Assembly: GCA_036626215.1 (NCBI GenBank)
Contig: JAZKSG010000002.1
Span: 1-59,597 of the forward strand
Direction of reading: 5' to 3'
Origin: Thermoplasmatota archaeon
Lineage (GTDB): Archaea > Thermoplasmatota > E2 > DHVEG-1
DNA length: 59,597 nt
In this document: positions 1 to 9,681 of the stretch, piece after piece
How positions within the stretch are numbered: the first letter of the stretch is position 1
How the letters are laid out: each line of letters begins with the position of its first letter
The notes under the pieces: generated by a model
What the model saw: the letters and a program-made list of their open reading frames with translations, nothing else
Told to the model about the DNA's origin: nothing
Database searches by the model: none
Translations under genes and position numbers: made by a program

Positions 1-2510
1 TGGTTTACAACTTTAACTTCTCCACTAAAATCTTTGTCTTCTTCATCAGGAGCATTTACAGTTACGTCTACTGTAAGTTTTCCATCTTCTGGAGTTAGGT
101 CAGTGCCAAAGGAAGGGGAGAAACTCCATGTCCCCCAATCCGGATGTTCAGCTATCATCCAATGCAGCTCTGATCCAGACTCTCCTACGTTCATAACTTT
201 AAAACTATCTGAGACTGTATCACCAGGGTCAACACTATTCCAATTTAGGGAGCCTTCAGCATCAAGGTCTGTGTTAATCTCAATTGGAATGTTTACAGGT
301 TCAATGCTGTATGTGTTACCTGCCTGGTCTGCAACATAAGCTTCAACTGTATATGTACCGCTGCTTCCGATGGTGAATGGATCTGTATATGTTTTCCATT
401 CTCCGTTATTAATCCGGTATTTGATTACATCAACGCCAGATGGTTCGTCGCTACCTGTTAGTTCTACCGTAACAGCGTGATGGTACCATCCGTTTTCTTT
501 CTCCTCATCTATGTTTATATCGAGAGAAGGCAGAGTTTTATCTATTTTGATTTCTCTCGTTCTAATGTTTTCTTCATTACGATAGTAGTCTACCGAGTAG
601 AAATCAAGAGTATGAACGCCTTCCTCTCCAAACCGAATGATCTCTTTTGTTGATGGATACTCTTCCCATTCTCCACCATCAACTCGATAATAGGTGTGAA
701 TGACACTCGTCCAATCTGTAGCTTCCAAATATACCCCTCTAGTTGAATCATACCATTCTCCCCATTCTGATCCAGGGGTAGAGAAGTATGCTTCGGTGAC
801 AGGTGGAACAGTTTGATCAATTTTTACAACACAGTTTGTTGAACCTGAAACTCCAGCATTGTCTGTTACGGTTAAAGTCACATTGTAAATTGTATCTGGT
901 TCCGGGAAAGTATGCCAGAGGTATCTTCCTTCAGCTGTAGAGCCGTCATCGAAATCCCAATGCCAACTATTTATTTTGCCATCTGGATCATATGAGTAGC
1001 GGCCATCAAAATATATCTCCAGTTCGTTATCTCCAGGTTCTTCTGGATATTCTGAAGGGCTACAGATGGCTACAGGCGGCCAATTTTCTTTAACTTCAAC
1101 AGATTTGGTGATGTTGCTGCTCAAACCAAATTCACTCCAAGTAGTCAAATGTACAGAGTATTTTCCTTCTTGGTTGTATGTCCATGTAGGATTTTGTTTC
1201 ATGGAATCAACTTCTCCGTCTCCGTCAAAATCCCATTCCCACTGAGCAACATTTCCCTCAGTGGTGTCTGTAAACTGTATCTCTTCTCCAACATGTGGAT
1301 ATTCCGGAGAGTATTCAAAGTTTGCAAAGACACTCATGTCATAATCTGGATGAGGGCCTTCTTCCTCGGGCCAACTTTCAGCTGTAACCCAGAGACACTC
1401 AGAACAAGCAACTTGGTTACATCCATATGCTATATTTACATATCCATTGTATCCGCAGTCTGTTCCGTGGCTGTTTTTAATAATCCAATAACCACCGTTT
1501 AATATGCTACTATCATCTACCCATCCGACAAGGGTAACCAAGTGATTAGTATTGTCAGAACTATCCTGTTCGTAAACATCATCAGGATCATGATGGGTGT
1601 CGGCCCATTGGCTTAAACTGCTGTCCCAGGCTATAGATGCAGCCAGTGGCCCTCTGTTAAACAACCATGTTTTTATCATCTGCCAGTCGCTTTCGCTATT
1701 CTCTGAAGTCTGAGTCCAACCCCAGTCTTCTATCTGCCAGAGTTTATCATCTTCAGCAGGTGGATCAGTATGTTGATCCCAATCATTACACTTGTCTGAG
1801 CAGGGAACTGTGTCATCTGCTTCATATGGCATACATGATTCAATTGTTATACCGTTTACTCCATTACCCGATTGTCCAAGCTCTGTACTTTGTGCGTTAT
1901 CTATCATGTATCGACCCCAACCGCCGTCGCATCCGTAACATCTATCGTTTATACAAGATAGACCATATTGTTCAGAGAGATCAATATTTGTGCCTGGGTC
2001 TCCTGACGCTATATCTATAGCGGCTTCAAAAGGCCCCCAGGCGCCGAATATGTAACAACTGCCACAATATCCTTGATCTTTTGCAGGTGTCATCCAGTTT
2101 CCATTATAGTCTCTCCAGCTGAAATGAGATGGAAGATCGTCCCCTGTTCTCATACCCTCTCCAAGATTTGGATTAGGGTCATATTCGGGCATCTGATAAT
2201 CTTCCTTTGTTACTGGAGGCATATCGCTCATAACCTTGAGGTTGTTGTTTTCTTCTCCACAGTTTTTACAACTATCGTCATAGTCATCACTAGTGATTTC
2301 ATCTCCACTCTGATCGTCATAGGTGTCTCGTGTATAGGTGGTGTCACTATCGCTTGTATATGTGGTTTCTTCATCAGTTGTTTTACTAATTATTTTATCA
2401 TCAGAGGACTCTTGGACAGAAAATACGTCTCCTGAGCTGGCTATAGCTGTTACTGCTGTTCCTATCATCACTAGCATTACAAAAATAGATACAATTTTTC
2501 TTTTTTTCAT
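1..2510 (-). CDS. Secreted papain-family (C1) cysteine protease with PKD/Ig-like repeats; 3' end runs off the window (partial)
   Basis: Absent from the supplied ORF track because there is no stop inside the window. My minus-strand translation from the ATG at 2510 stays open to position 1 (836 codons). N-terminus is signal-like (MKKRKIVSIFVMLVMIGTAVTAIA). Catalytic motifs present: Cys DQGYCGSCYIFGAWG, His NHLVTLVGW, Asn WIIKNSHG. These are followed by PKD-like repeats (WEWDFDGDGEVD, WHWDFDDGST) and Ig-like modules (YYRVDGGEW, KYRINNGEW). Confidence 0.85.
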   Translation of the reverse strand, partial: MKKRKIVSIFVMLVMIGTAVTAIASSGDVFSVQESSDDKIISKTTDEETTYTSDSDTTYTRDTYDDQSGDEITSDDYDDSCKNCGEENNNLKVMSDMPPVTKEDYQMPEYDPNPNLGEGMRTGDDLPSHFSWRDYNGNWMTPAKDQGYCGSCYIFGAWGPFEAAIDIASGDPGTNIDLSEQYGLSCINDRCYGCDGGWGRYMIDNAQSTELGQSGNGVNGITIESCMPYEADDTVPCSDKCNDWDQHTDPPAEDDKLWQIEDWGWTQTSENSESDWQMIKTWLFNRGPLAASIAWDSSLSQWADTHHDPDDVYEQDSSDNTNHLVTLVGWVDDSSILNGGYWIIKNSHGTDCGYNGYVNIAYGCNQVACSECLWVTAESWPEEEGPHPDYDMSVFANFEYSPEYPHVGEEIQFTDTTEGNVAQWEWDFDGDGEVDSMKQNPTWTYNQEGKYSVHLTTWSEFGLSSNITKSVEVKENWPPVAICSPSEYPEEPGDNELEIYFDGRYSYDPDGKINSWHWDFDDGSTAEGRYLWHTFPEPDTIYNVTLTVTDNAGVSGSTNCVVKIDQTVPPVTEAYFSTPGSEWGEWYDSTRGVYLEATDWTSVIHTYYRVDGGEWEEYPSTKEIIRFGEEGVHTLDFYSVDYYRNEENIRTREIKIDKTLPSLDINIDEEKENGWYHHAVTVELTGSDEPSGVDVIKYRINNGEWKTYTDPFTIGSSGTYTVEAYVADQAGNTYSIEPVNIPIEINTDLDAEGSLNWNSVDPGDTVSDSFKVMNVGESGSELHWMIAEHPDWGTWSFSPSFGTDLTPEDGKLTVDVTVNAPDEEDKDFSGEVKVVN

Positions 2511-2794
2511 ATTCCTACCTTTCTCCCCCTTAATTAAAAGGCTTCTAATGTTTTTATTATAGTGGTTGTTTAAAAAGTTTTCCTCCGGATTAATTTTTTT
2601 GTTAACTGTTAAAGCGTGTTTGTTTAGTAGGGTTGATGTTTTTTGATGGTTTTACTTGGTAAAGAATGTCTTTATACCGTTGTGTGGTTTATTTCGAAAA
2701 ATTATTTAACATGTTGTCGATGTATCTATCGACGCTATCTGAATTGGTATATAACCTTAAAAAAAATCTCATACAAATGATTTAGAGTAAAAAT

Positions 2795-3493
2795 ATGGAT
2801 ATAAAAAACGTTTTAGCGGAGAAAATAGCAGGAGAAATAACTCTTAGCCCTACCCCTGGGCGTACCATCCGTAAATGGAGAAATGTCTTTGAGATAAACC
2901 AGACGGATCTAGCTAAAACATTAGATATGTCTCCCAGCGTTATAAGTGACTATGAGAGTGGTAGACGTAAATCACCAGGCATCCAGACAGTAAAAAAGAT
3001 TATTGATGCTTTGATTGAAATCGATGAAAAACGCGGTGGAAAAACACTCAACCGTTATGATTCTCTTATGGAAACACATGAAGGAATTATAGATATCATG
3101 GAGTATCCATTTTCAATTACAGCAAAAAATTTTGTAGAAAAAATTGATGGAAACGTAGTAACCTCAAACGAGAAAAGTCTGAATAAAAATATCAAAGGTT
3201 TCACTCTGGTGGATAGTGTTAAAACTATTAAAAATATAAATTCCAAAGATTATGTCCATCTCTATGGATGGAGCACTGAGAGAGCTATAATTTTTACTGG
3301 TATAACATATGGCCGTAGTCCCATGATAGCGGTTCGTGTACATCCTGTTAAACCATCTATGGTTGTATATCATGACCCTGGTGGGGTTGATCCTTTAGCT
3401 ATAAAACTGGCTGATCAAGAAAAAATTCCTTTAGTGGTTTCTAACATGCAGTTACAAGACTTGAAAAAGAAACTGAGGAATATAGAAGAATAG
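2795..3493 (+). CDS. XRE-type helix-turn-helix transcriptional regulator with an uncharacterised C-terminal domain
   Basis: The N-terminus (RKWRNVFEINQTDLAKTLDMSPSVISDYESGRRKSP) is a classic XRE HTH. ATG start with a TATA-like box about 45 nt upstream. Confidence 0.7.
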   Translation: MDIKNVLAEKIAGEITLSPTPGRTIRKWRNVFEINQTDLAKTLDMSPSVISDYESGRRKSPGIQTVKKIIDALIEIDEKRGGKTLNRYDSLMETHEGIIDIMEYPFSITAKNFVEKIDGNVVTSNEKSLNKNIKGFTLVDSVKTIKNINSKDYVHLYGWSTERAIIFTGITYGRSPMIAVRVHPVKPSMVVYHDPGGVDPLAIKLADQEKIPLVVSNMQLQDLKKKLRNIEE

Positions 3494-3546
3494 AAAAAAG
3501 TTTATGAATACGGAATCTTTATTTTTTTAGCTGAGAGTGTTCTTTC

Positions 3547-3705
3547 ATGGAAATGATGGGGTTATGTAGCATCTGTGGTAAACCCAGAGCGCGACATACA
3601 TGTCATCTTTGCGGTAGATTGGTATGTAGTAGTTGTTTTGATTCTGCACATGGAGTATGTAACAGATGTAAGAAAACATCTTCTTCAGATGATTTACTAA
3701 GCTGA
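3547..3705 (+). CDS. Small (52 aa) Cys-rich zinc-finger protein with four CxxC pairs in a HIT-like arrangement
   Basis: Below the ORF-track size cut-off. Translation: MEMMGLCSICGKPRARHTCHLCGRLVCSSCFDSAHGVCNRCKKTSSSDDLLS. The regular CxxC spacing is unlikely by chance in AT-rich DNA. Confidence 0.55.
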   Translation: MEMMGLCSICGKPRARHTCHLCGRLVCSSCFDSAHGVCNRCKKTSSSDDLLS

Positions 3706-3813
3706 AGAAAATAATTTATCCTGCTTTTTGTATCTAAATTTTTTTCAGAAAAGGAAAAGAAATAAGTAATGTGTTCAAAAATAGTTTTTTGGGTAGATGG
3801 AGGAAAAAGGATT

Positions 3814-4311
3814 ATGGCTTTGGAAAAATGTCCGGAATGTGATGAGGAGCTACCAAAGAAAGCAAAGTTTTGTCCTAACTGTGGAGCAGAAATTGAGGAA
3901 AAAACTGAGGAAGAAAAAGCAAAAAATCAGGGTGAATCAACAACTCATAAGGCTACGTTGCAGAAGGTTGATTCAGTTATGAAGCTTGGAGGTAAACTGT
4001 TTTCAAAAAAGTTTATTTTGATAGGTGTCTGTATAGGTCTCTTTTTGATATTTATAGCGTCGTTGACATGGAACTTTGGATATCCTATGACGCCTACAAA
4101 AGAAGGGGATTTTAATATTGTTAGGATAGCTACAACTCTGAATGATTTGGGTATACTCGCTATTGGTGGATTCCTTCTTACCGGTGGATTAGCAAATAAA
4201 AAAATAAATCAGTTTGTAAGGCTTGCAATGATTTTAATGGGATGTTTCGTGATAGTAATAGCTATAGGGCATAGCATACCAGTTCAGACGAGTTTTTCTC
4301 TGTTTGGCTGA
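3814..4311 (+). CDS. Zinc-ribbon membrane protein
   Basis: Internal ATG chosen as start (MALEKCPECDEELPKKAKFCPNCGAEIEE is a zinc ribbon). It is followed by 3-4 hydrophobic helices. Confidence 0.55.
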   Translation: MALEKCPECDEELPKKAKFCPNCGAEIEEKTEEEKAKNQGESTTHKATLQKVDSVMKLGGKLFSKKFILIGVCIGLFLIFIASLTWNFGYPMTPTKEGDFNIVRIATTLNDLGILAIGGFLLTGGLANKKINQFVRLAMILMGCFVIVIAIGHSIPVQTSFSLFG

Positions 4312-4466
4312 AGTAATTTGTTTTGAGAGCCTTTACTTCTATTTTTTTATTTTCAACTATTTTTCTGTTACTACTTTTTCCCGATATATCTATAGATACA
4401 CATAAAGATATATCTAAATATGTTTATCTATGTTGGAGTTGTCAAAAGATTAGCTATAAATATAGG

Positions 4467-4540
4467 GGCCCGGGCCGGGATTTGAACCCGGGACAGAGGA
4501 TCCACAGTCCCATATGTTACCAGGCTACACCACCCGGGCC
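4467..4540 (-). tRNA. tRNA-His (anticodon GTG) with genome-encoded G-1
   Basis: The reverse complement GGCCCGGGTGGTGTAGCCTGGTAACATATGGGACTGTGGATCCTCTGTCCCGGGTTCAAATCCCGGCCCGGGCC folds as a cloverleaf. Acceptor stem GCCCGGG/CCCGGGC, anticodon loop CTGTGGA, T-loop TTCAAAT, plus an extra 5' G. Confidence 0.9.
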
Positions 4541-4751
4541 ATATAAAAAATAGGTGAAAATGAGTAGCCTTTTAGGATTTGGTGAAATATTTGAAGAGTT
4601 ATTTAAAACTATTTGCCGATTTTTGAACTAAAACTTTTTATTCTATTAACAAGATTTCTTAAATAATTTGTATATATCACCAGAAAAACATCACTCTTCA
4701 TAAAAAGATATTTATAATAAAAGATTAAATATTATATTGTAAGAAGATAAA

Positions 4752-5198
4752 ATGATTAAAACCCCTAAACTGTCGAACAACATCGCTGTTTCAGAAGTAT
4801 TAGGTACTGTACTACTTCTAGGTATTTCAACTATAGTTGTCAGCGGGGTGTATATCGCTATTCTTTCAGCTGAACCTCAGATAGACGATGCAAAACATGT
4901 TGATATAAGAGGAAAAATTGAGAAAAACAACCTAATTTTGGAACATGCCGGCGGGGAAAGTCTTCCAGTTGAATCAAAGATTGTTTTAACCAATGAGTCA
5001 GGTAGTACAAAACAGATAGTAGTGGATGACTATATCGATGATAAAGGCCCCAAAGACAGTGAATGGGAAATCGACGAAAAAGTGAATTATGAGTTGAGTG
5101 ATGACTACTTCAATAGATATGAAAATCTCTCTGTTTCGATTATAGACCCAAATTCTAACTCAGTTATAGTAGACACATATTTCAGAGAGGAGGAATGA
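4752..5198 (+). CDS. Archaeal type IV pilin-like protein (class III signal peptide)
   Basis: The N-terminus KLSNNIAVSEVLGTVLLLGISTIVVSGVYIAIL matches the archaeal prepilin/DUF1628-type signal. First of three such genes in a row. Confidence 0.7.
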   Translation: MIKTPKLSNNIAVSEVLGTVLLLGISTIVVSGVYIAILSAEPQIDDAKHVDIRGKIEKNNLILEHAGGESLPVESKIVLTNESGSTKQIVVDDYIDDKGPKDSEWEIDEKVNYELSDDYFNRYENLSVSIIDPNSNSVIVDTYFREEE

Positions 5199-6817
5199 TA
5201 ACGATGAATAAGATAACTAACAGGGGGAATAACTATGCGGTCTCTGAAGTTGTTGGAACTGTTTTATTGTTAGTTATATCTATCACAATTTTCAGCAGTG
5301 TATATATTTCTCTTTCAACCGTCGACCTTGGTGAGTCTACCCCTTCTGTTCATGTTACTGCTTCACTTAATGATACAACATTGACTTTGGAACACTGTGG
5401 TGGTGAAAGTTTAGAAAATGATACAAAAGTTGTTTTGAGAAATGAGAACAATGAAGTTGAAAAAATCAAGATTGATAAATATCTAGATGAGGATGAAGAG
5501 GAAAACAACGTTTGGGATATCGGAGAAAAAGTCGTAATAGATGTATCTGACAATTTTCCTTTTAGTCGTTACGAGAAGCTCTCTGTCCAGGTGGTTGACT
5601 CTAACAGTAGATACACCATGATGATTGCAGATTTAAAAGAGGAACGTCATTCAGATTTAAAGATTTTTGTAAAAGATGAAAAGATAGAGGGTGAAACCCT
5701 CTGGTGGATTAACACAACTGTTACCAATCTTGGTCCATCCGAAGCTGAAAACGTAGTAGTTGAAATACCTCTATCACCAGGTTTAAAATTTGAAGGCAAC
5801 TCTGAGGATAGTGATGGCAGTTTTAATGATGGTACAGGTTTATGGAATGTAGGATCAATTTCTGAAGGAGTCTCTAAAAAGTTGAATATAAAGGTTAATC
5901 TATCAGCAGAGGTAAATCCTTCCGCCCAGTTAGCCATAGTTCTAGATGGAACAATGGAAAGCGGTTACTTCTCTGATGTATTAACAGGATTATCTGATGC
6001 TCTTAATATGTCTACTATTCCTCATAACGGGCAAATAGAGATGACTGTTATTCAATATGGTGCAATAGATGATGAAGATTATGATGGGGATGCTCGAGTT
6101 GAAGAATATGGTGGTGGTAAATCTTGGGTTGTTGATGAGAGTAATTATGAAAATGTAGCCGATTTCATGGTTAACGAAATAGATAGGATGGGTGCAGGTT
6201 CTAGTCTGGATTATGCTGTTCCTATGTCTTCGGGTGTCAAGCTTGCTCGTAAAACCCTTGAAAACCGATACAATGTCATCAACCAGCCAGAGCAGAGACA
6301 GGTTATTGTTTTGATAGCATCTCACACACCGAACTGCTATGTAGAGGGCTCTCATACAGGAGTTGAAGCAAAAAAATTTCAATTAGCTGATCATCAGTAC
6401 GATATTGGTAAAGCTGATGCAGTATTAAAAAGAGACAATTTGTTGGATGCTTTAAAGATGCATGACCGTTTTGAGTATCCAGAAGGACCAGATGAGATAG
6501 ATTTAGCGATAATAGATGGAGAGACTTCACTTGAGAAACTTATCTATAGTTGGCGTTGGAGTTTGTACCACCTAGTTTTCCCGCAGCCAGGCTACGAATA
6601 TCCTGAAGGGAGAGGATATCCAGAGGACGCAGGATGGGTCCTTAATATAACGACAAGCTCCATGGATCTATCGGATTCAATAAAAGATATGTTTAGACCG
6701 ATATTTCAACTTAAAAGAGATATACCGATAAGAATTATTTCTTCCAAGTATTCAGATCCTAATCCTGAAAACGATTTATCTTCTGTTTCAATTTCGGTTT
6801 TACCAGAAGAGAGATGA
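5195..6817 (+). CDS. Large pilin-like protein: class III signal peptide, DUF11-like repeat and vWA-like domain
   Basis: N-terminus is NRGNNYAVSEVVGTVLLLVISITIFSSVYI. A DUF11-like segment follows (TVTNLGPSEAENVVVEIPLSPGLKF...GLWNVGSISEG), then a possible degenerate MIDAS motif (IVLDGTMESG). Its start overlaps the upstream stop (ATGA). Confidence 0.65.
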   Translation: MITMNKITNRGNNYAVSEVVGTVLLLVISITIFSSVYISLSTVDLGESTPSVHVTASLNDTTLTLEHCGGESLENDTKVVLRNENNEVEKIKIDKYLDEDEEENNVWDIGEKVVIDVSDNFPFSRYEKLSVQVVDSNSRYTMMIADLKEERHSDLKIFVKDEKIEGETLWWINTTVTNLGPSEAENVVVEIPLSPGLKFEGNSEDSDGSFNDGTGLWNVGSISEGVSKKLNIKVNLSAEVNPSAQLAIVLDGTMESGYFSDVLTGLSDALNMSTIPHNGQIEMTVIQYGAIDDEDYDGDARVEEYGGGKSWVVDESNYENVADFMVNEIDRMGAGSSLDYAVPMSSGVKLARKTLENRYNVINQPEQRQVIVLIASHTPNCYVEGSHTGVEAKKFQLADHQYDIGKADAVLKRDNLLDALKMHDRFEYPEGPDEIDLAIIDGETSLEKLIYSWRWSLYHLVFPQPGYEYPEGRGYPEDAGWVLNITTSSMDLSDSIKDMFRPIFQLKRDIPIRIISSKYSDPNPENDLSSVSISVLPEER

Positions 6818-6830
6818 GGTTAGATAACCT

Positions 6831-7694
6831 ATGCAAAAAAAATATATGTTTAGAAGTTTGGCAGACCAAAAAGCGGTTACAGGTATAATAGTAGCGATTC
6901 TGCTGTTGGGTTTGTTCCTATCAATTATTGCTTTTATACAATCGGTATATGTTCCTCAATGGATGGAGAACAAAGAGGCAGAAAACACCGACGAAGTCTT
7001 AAATAAATTTACAAATTTGAAATCATCGATTGATGTTTTAACGGTGATGAATCAAAAACGTAAACCGATTTCTACTCCTATAAAAGTTGGGACTAAAGAG
7101 CTCCCCTTCCTTGTCTCCCAGAGAGCCTATGGATCTTTACAGGTTTTACCCAATGATTTTAAAATAAATGTAACCTATAATACTGAGGGAGAAAGCATTT
7201 ACAGGGTTTTTAATCTGGGTTCAATAAAATATACAGCGAACAACAACTACTACATGAAAAAATCTGTTACCTATGAAAATGGAGCGGTGATAACGACCCA
7301 AGACTCTGGATCATATATGTCGATGACACCTACAGTCTATGCAACTACAACCTCAGAAGAATCTTCAAAAAAAATAAGTTTTAGTTTAATAAGAATATGT
7401 AATTTTAAACCCCAATCCATAAGTGGCTTCGGGACATACTCCATCAAAACAGAGTTGATCTCTAATGAAAGCTGGAATACATCTACAGCAACCGAGCTTG
7501 ATTTTGAAACCTCCCATCCTAAAAACTGGAAAAAATCTATCAATGGAACTTTGGAAGAAGCAGGACTAATCTATGGTAGCAGTGAGGATTATATATTTAC
7601 AGATACTGAAGACGGTTTTAAACTAGAATTTCATAGTGAGTTAGAAGTTGATGTAGAGATCTACAATATCAAAACCACGATTACCTCAGGATAA
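6831..7694 (+). CDS. Pilin-like protein (class III signal peptide)
   Basis: N-terminus is SLADQKAVTGIIVAILLLGLFLSIIAFIQSVYVPQW. Position in the pilin operon supports the call. Confidence 0.6.
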   Translation: MQKKYMFRSLADQKAVTGIIVAILLLGLFLSIIAFIQSVYVPQWMENKEAENTDEVLNKFTNLKSSIDVLTVMNQKRKPISTPIKVGTKELPFLVSQRAYGSLQVLPNDFKINVTYNTEGESIYRVFNLGSIKYTANNNYYMKKSVTYENGAVITTQDSGSYMSMTPTVYATTTSEESSKKISFSLIRICNFKPQSISGFGTYSIKTELISNESWNTSTATELDFETSHPKNWKKSINGTLEEAGLIYGSSEDYIFTDTEDGFKLEFHSELEVDVEIYNIKTTITSG

Positions 7695-7801
7695 AAAAAC
7701 AGCAAAAAAGCGAAAATAATAGCGTTATCCACTTTTTTTATTTGAAAAAATACTTTATTTACCCTATTGTTATTCTTTTTCAGAAAAAGATAAAAAAATT
7801 T

Positions 7802-7886
7802 GCAGGGGTAGCCAAGCATGGCCAACGGCGCAGCGTTCAGGGCGCTGTCCTGCAGAGGTCCAAGGGTTCAAATCCCTTCCCCTGCA
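7802..7886 (+). tRNA. tRNA-Leu (anticodon CAG), long variable arm
   Basis: Sequence GCAGGGGTAGCCAAGCATGGCCAACGGCGCAGCGTTCAGGGCGCTGTCCTGCAGAGGTCCAAGGGTTCAAATCCCTTCCCCTGCA. Acceptor stem GCAGGGG/CCCCTGC, anticodon stem CAGCG/CGCTG with loop TTCAGGG, T-loop TTCAAAT. Confidence 0.9.
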
Positions 7887-7965
7887 CTATCTATTTAACA
7901 AAAAAATGAGTATAAACCACTATCAGTTACACATGCAAATGAGGAAGACAAATAGCACATAGCTA

Positions 7966-8967
7966 TTATTGATTTATTTCTTCACTTCCAAAATATGAAA
8001 AACAAGGAGGATTTGCTGAATATTTTCCTATTCTTATTAAATCAACATAATGAATATCTCCTTTACCAACTAAAAACCCAAATTTTATTGGTGGGTTGGT
8101 ATCAACCTTACTAACAAAGCCGGGTGTTATATTTACTTCATCACAAGTTAATTTGTAATGGGTTTTATTCATACATAAAATCATATTGTGCCATTTGGAA
8201 TAATTAATATTGCCATACACTTCATTTTTTCCATTTGCATCCCAATATGCCCAATCATTAAACATCCAGTAATAACCTGCTCGAGCAACTTTTCCAGTTA
8301 AATTACTTGAAGAGTTATAAATACAAAGATGGTAGTTGTCATTATTACCATATTTTGTTCTTACAAAAAATTTAAAACTATCAATAATTGGAAGATTAAG
8401 ACCAATATCATGATGTTTCCCATAATCATTATTTATAAACTTACCACCGACTGCCCCTTCATATTTTTCTGAATTGTTTGCCTTTAAAGTTAATTCTTCA
8501 GAATCGGAAGTCCAACCTGAAACAACTTCATTGTCAAGATATGATTCAAAATTTTCGAAGTAATCCCAAGTAGAAAAACCATCACTCGTAGTTATTGCAT
8601 CTACGTTACCGTAATACATCCAAATATTGCTATCGTTATATACATTATTAATCCAAAAAGTGGCATGATCATCAACTGAATAATTTTCTATCCAATAAGG
8701 TAATTCTTTACCAACACTGCAACTAACAAATCTAATATCGTCAAAATCATCTTGTGAATTTCCATTACAATTAATGTCTCCTTGGGAATTTTTACCAACC
8801 ACAAGTTTCATCTGATAATCATCTATATTATTTTTTATCTCAATTTTTTTTCTGAAATTCCAATTTGAATTCCACCAATCTTTTTTTTTGTTGTTTTCGT
8901 TGCATCCACTCAATATCAACGTTATAAATAAAAAAGCAATTAACAATCCAAACAATTTTCTTTTCAT
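7966..8967 (-). CDS. Lipoprotein with DUF2341/LamG-like (concanavalin-type) domain
   Basis: Signal peptide plus lipobox-like LILSGC. The WWNSNWNFRKKIEIKN motif is typical of the DUF2341 N-terminus. The body is Trp/Asn-rich and beta-type. Confidence 0.55.
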   Translation of the reverse strand: MKRKLFGLLIAFLFITLILSGCNENNKKKDWWNSNWNFRKKIEIKNNIDDYQMKLVVGKNSQGDINCNGNSQDDFDDIRFVSCSVGKELPYWIENYSVDDHATFWINNVYNDSNIWMYYGNVDAITTSDGFSTWDYFENFESYLDNEVVSGWTSDSEELTLKANNSEKYEGAVGGKFINNDYGKHHDIGLNLPIIDSFKFFVRTKYGNNDNYHLCIYNSSSNLTGKVARAGYYWMFNDWAYWDANGKNEVYGNINYSKWHNMILCMNKTHYKLTCDEVNITPGFVSKVDTNPPIKFGFLVGKGDIHYVDLIRIGKYSANPPCFSYFGSEEINQ

Positions 8968-9083
8968 CCTTTTCTCCTCAAAAAATATAAAATAAATTGT
9001 TTATTTATAAACTTGTCCTATTTTATCGTCAATAGGTGTAACACATATTTTTTTATAGGAAATTATGAATTCAGATTTTATCC

Positions 9084-9677
9084 TCATTGTATAGCTAAAT
9101 TCTCTATTTGGTCGTTTGCACAAATCAAAACGTATTTTGTATCATCTTTTTTAACCAGTTCAAAAACAATATTGGTTTTACCATTATCTTTCAGAATAAA
9201 TCCTTGACTGGGGCTATTCATATACCATCCATTTTGGTATATTTTTCCTTCTCTAAACCTAAAATTTTCATCTAACCAAATAGATTTTTTACTACCTCCT
9301 TCTACTCTGTAAAAAATCATAGATCCATCGTTGGTTAAACCTGTCTCAACTCGGCCGTCATTATCTTCATCTGCATCTACACCAAAAGATAAATAGATAA
9401 GATTTTCTGGTAGATTAAAACTATATACTCTTAAAGAACCTCTATCCGCATTTTTCTCATCTAAATCTCTAGCTACACCACCGAAATATAATGTGTTTAA
9501 CTCAGCTACCAGTTCATCACACTGAACTTCCATCTTATTTTCTGAAGAAACAACACCCATCGTCTGATAACCCCATCCTACGACTCCAGTTATAGCTACT
9601 ATGACAGCGATACTTACAATCAGACGCATCGGGAGGAAATCCACTGCAAAATCGTCCAACTTTCTCAACATCATCAT
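9084..9677 (-). CDS. Single-pass membrane protein, beta-rich ectodomain (unknown function)
   Basis: Start moved to MMMLRKLDDFAVDFLPMRLIVSIAVIVAITGVVGWGY, just after the stop of the upstream ATPase gene. The track ORF start at 9773 lies inside that gene. Confidence 0.45.
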   Translation of the reverse strand: MMMLRKLDDFAVDFLPMRLIVSIAVIVAITGVVGWGYQTMGVVSSENKMEVQCDELVAELNTLYFGGVARDLDEKNADRGSLRVYSFNLPENLIYLSFGVDADEDNDGRVETGLTNDGSMIFYRVEGGSKKSIWLDENFRFREGKIYQNGWYMNSPSQGFILKDNGKTNIVFELVKKDDTKYVLICANDQIENLAIQ

Positions 9678-9681
9678 ATTT

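Noticed and set aside
4383-4417. 10-bp direct repeat GATATATCTA occurring twice, downstream of the zinc-ribbon gene.
   Set aside because: It is a short, AT-rich, low-complexity match that is plausible by chance, with no associated feature.
4323-4553. Track ORF (76 aa, plus strand).
   Set aside because: It overlaps tRNA-His on the opposite strand and has junk-like composition.
5350-6530. Antisense ORFs inside the large pilin gene (5350..5553, 5647..5937, 5990..6382, 6303..6530). Many similar shadow ORFs lie inside other long genes (for example 12553..12961, 19554..20147, 22979..23290, 25466..25906, 32366..32731, 37502..38130, 48448..49303, 51881..52734, 55868..56361).
   Set aside because: They lie antisense to, or out of frame within, genes with strong motif support. 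They show low-complexity, Ser/Leu/Phe-rich composition and have no independent motifs.
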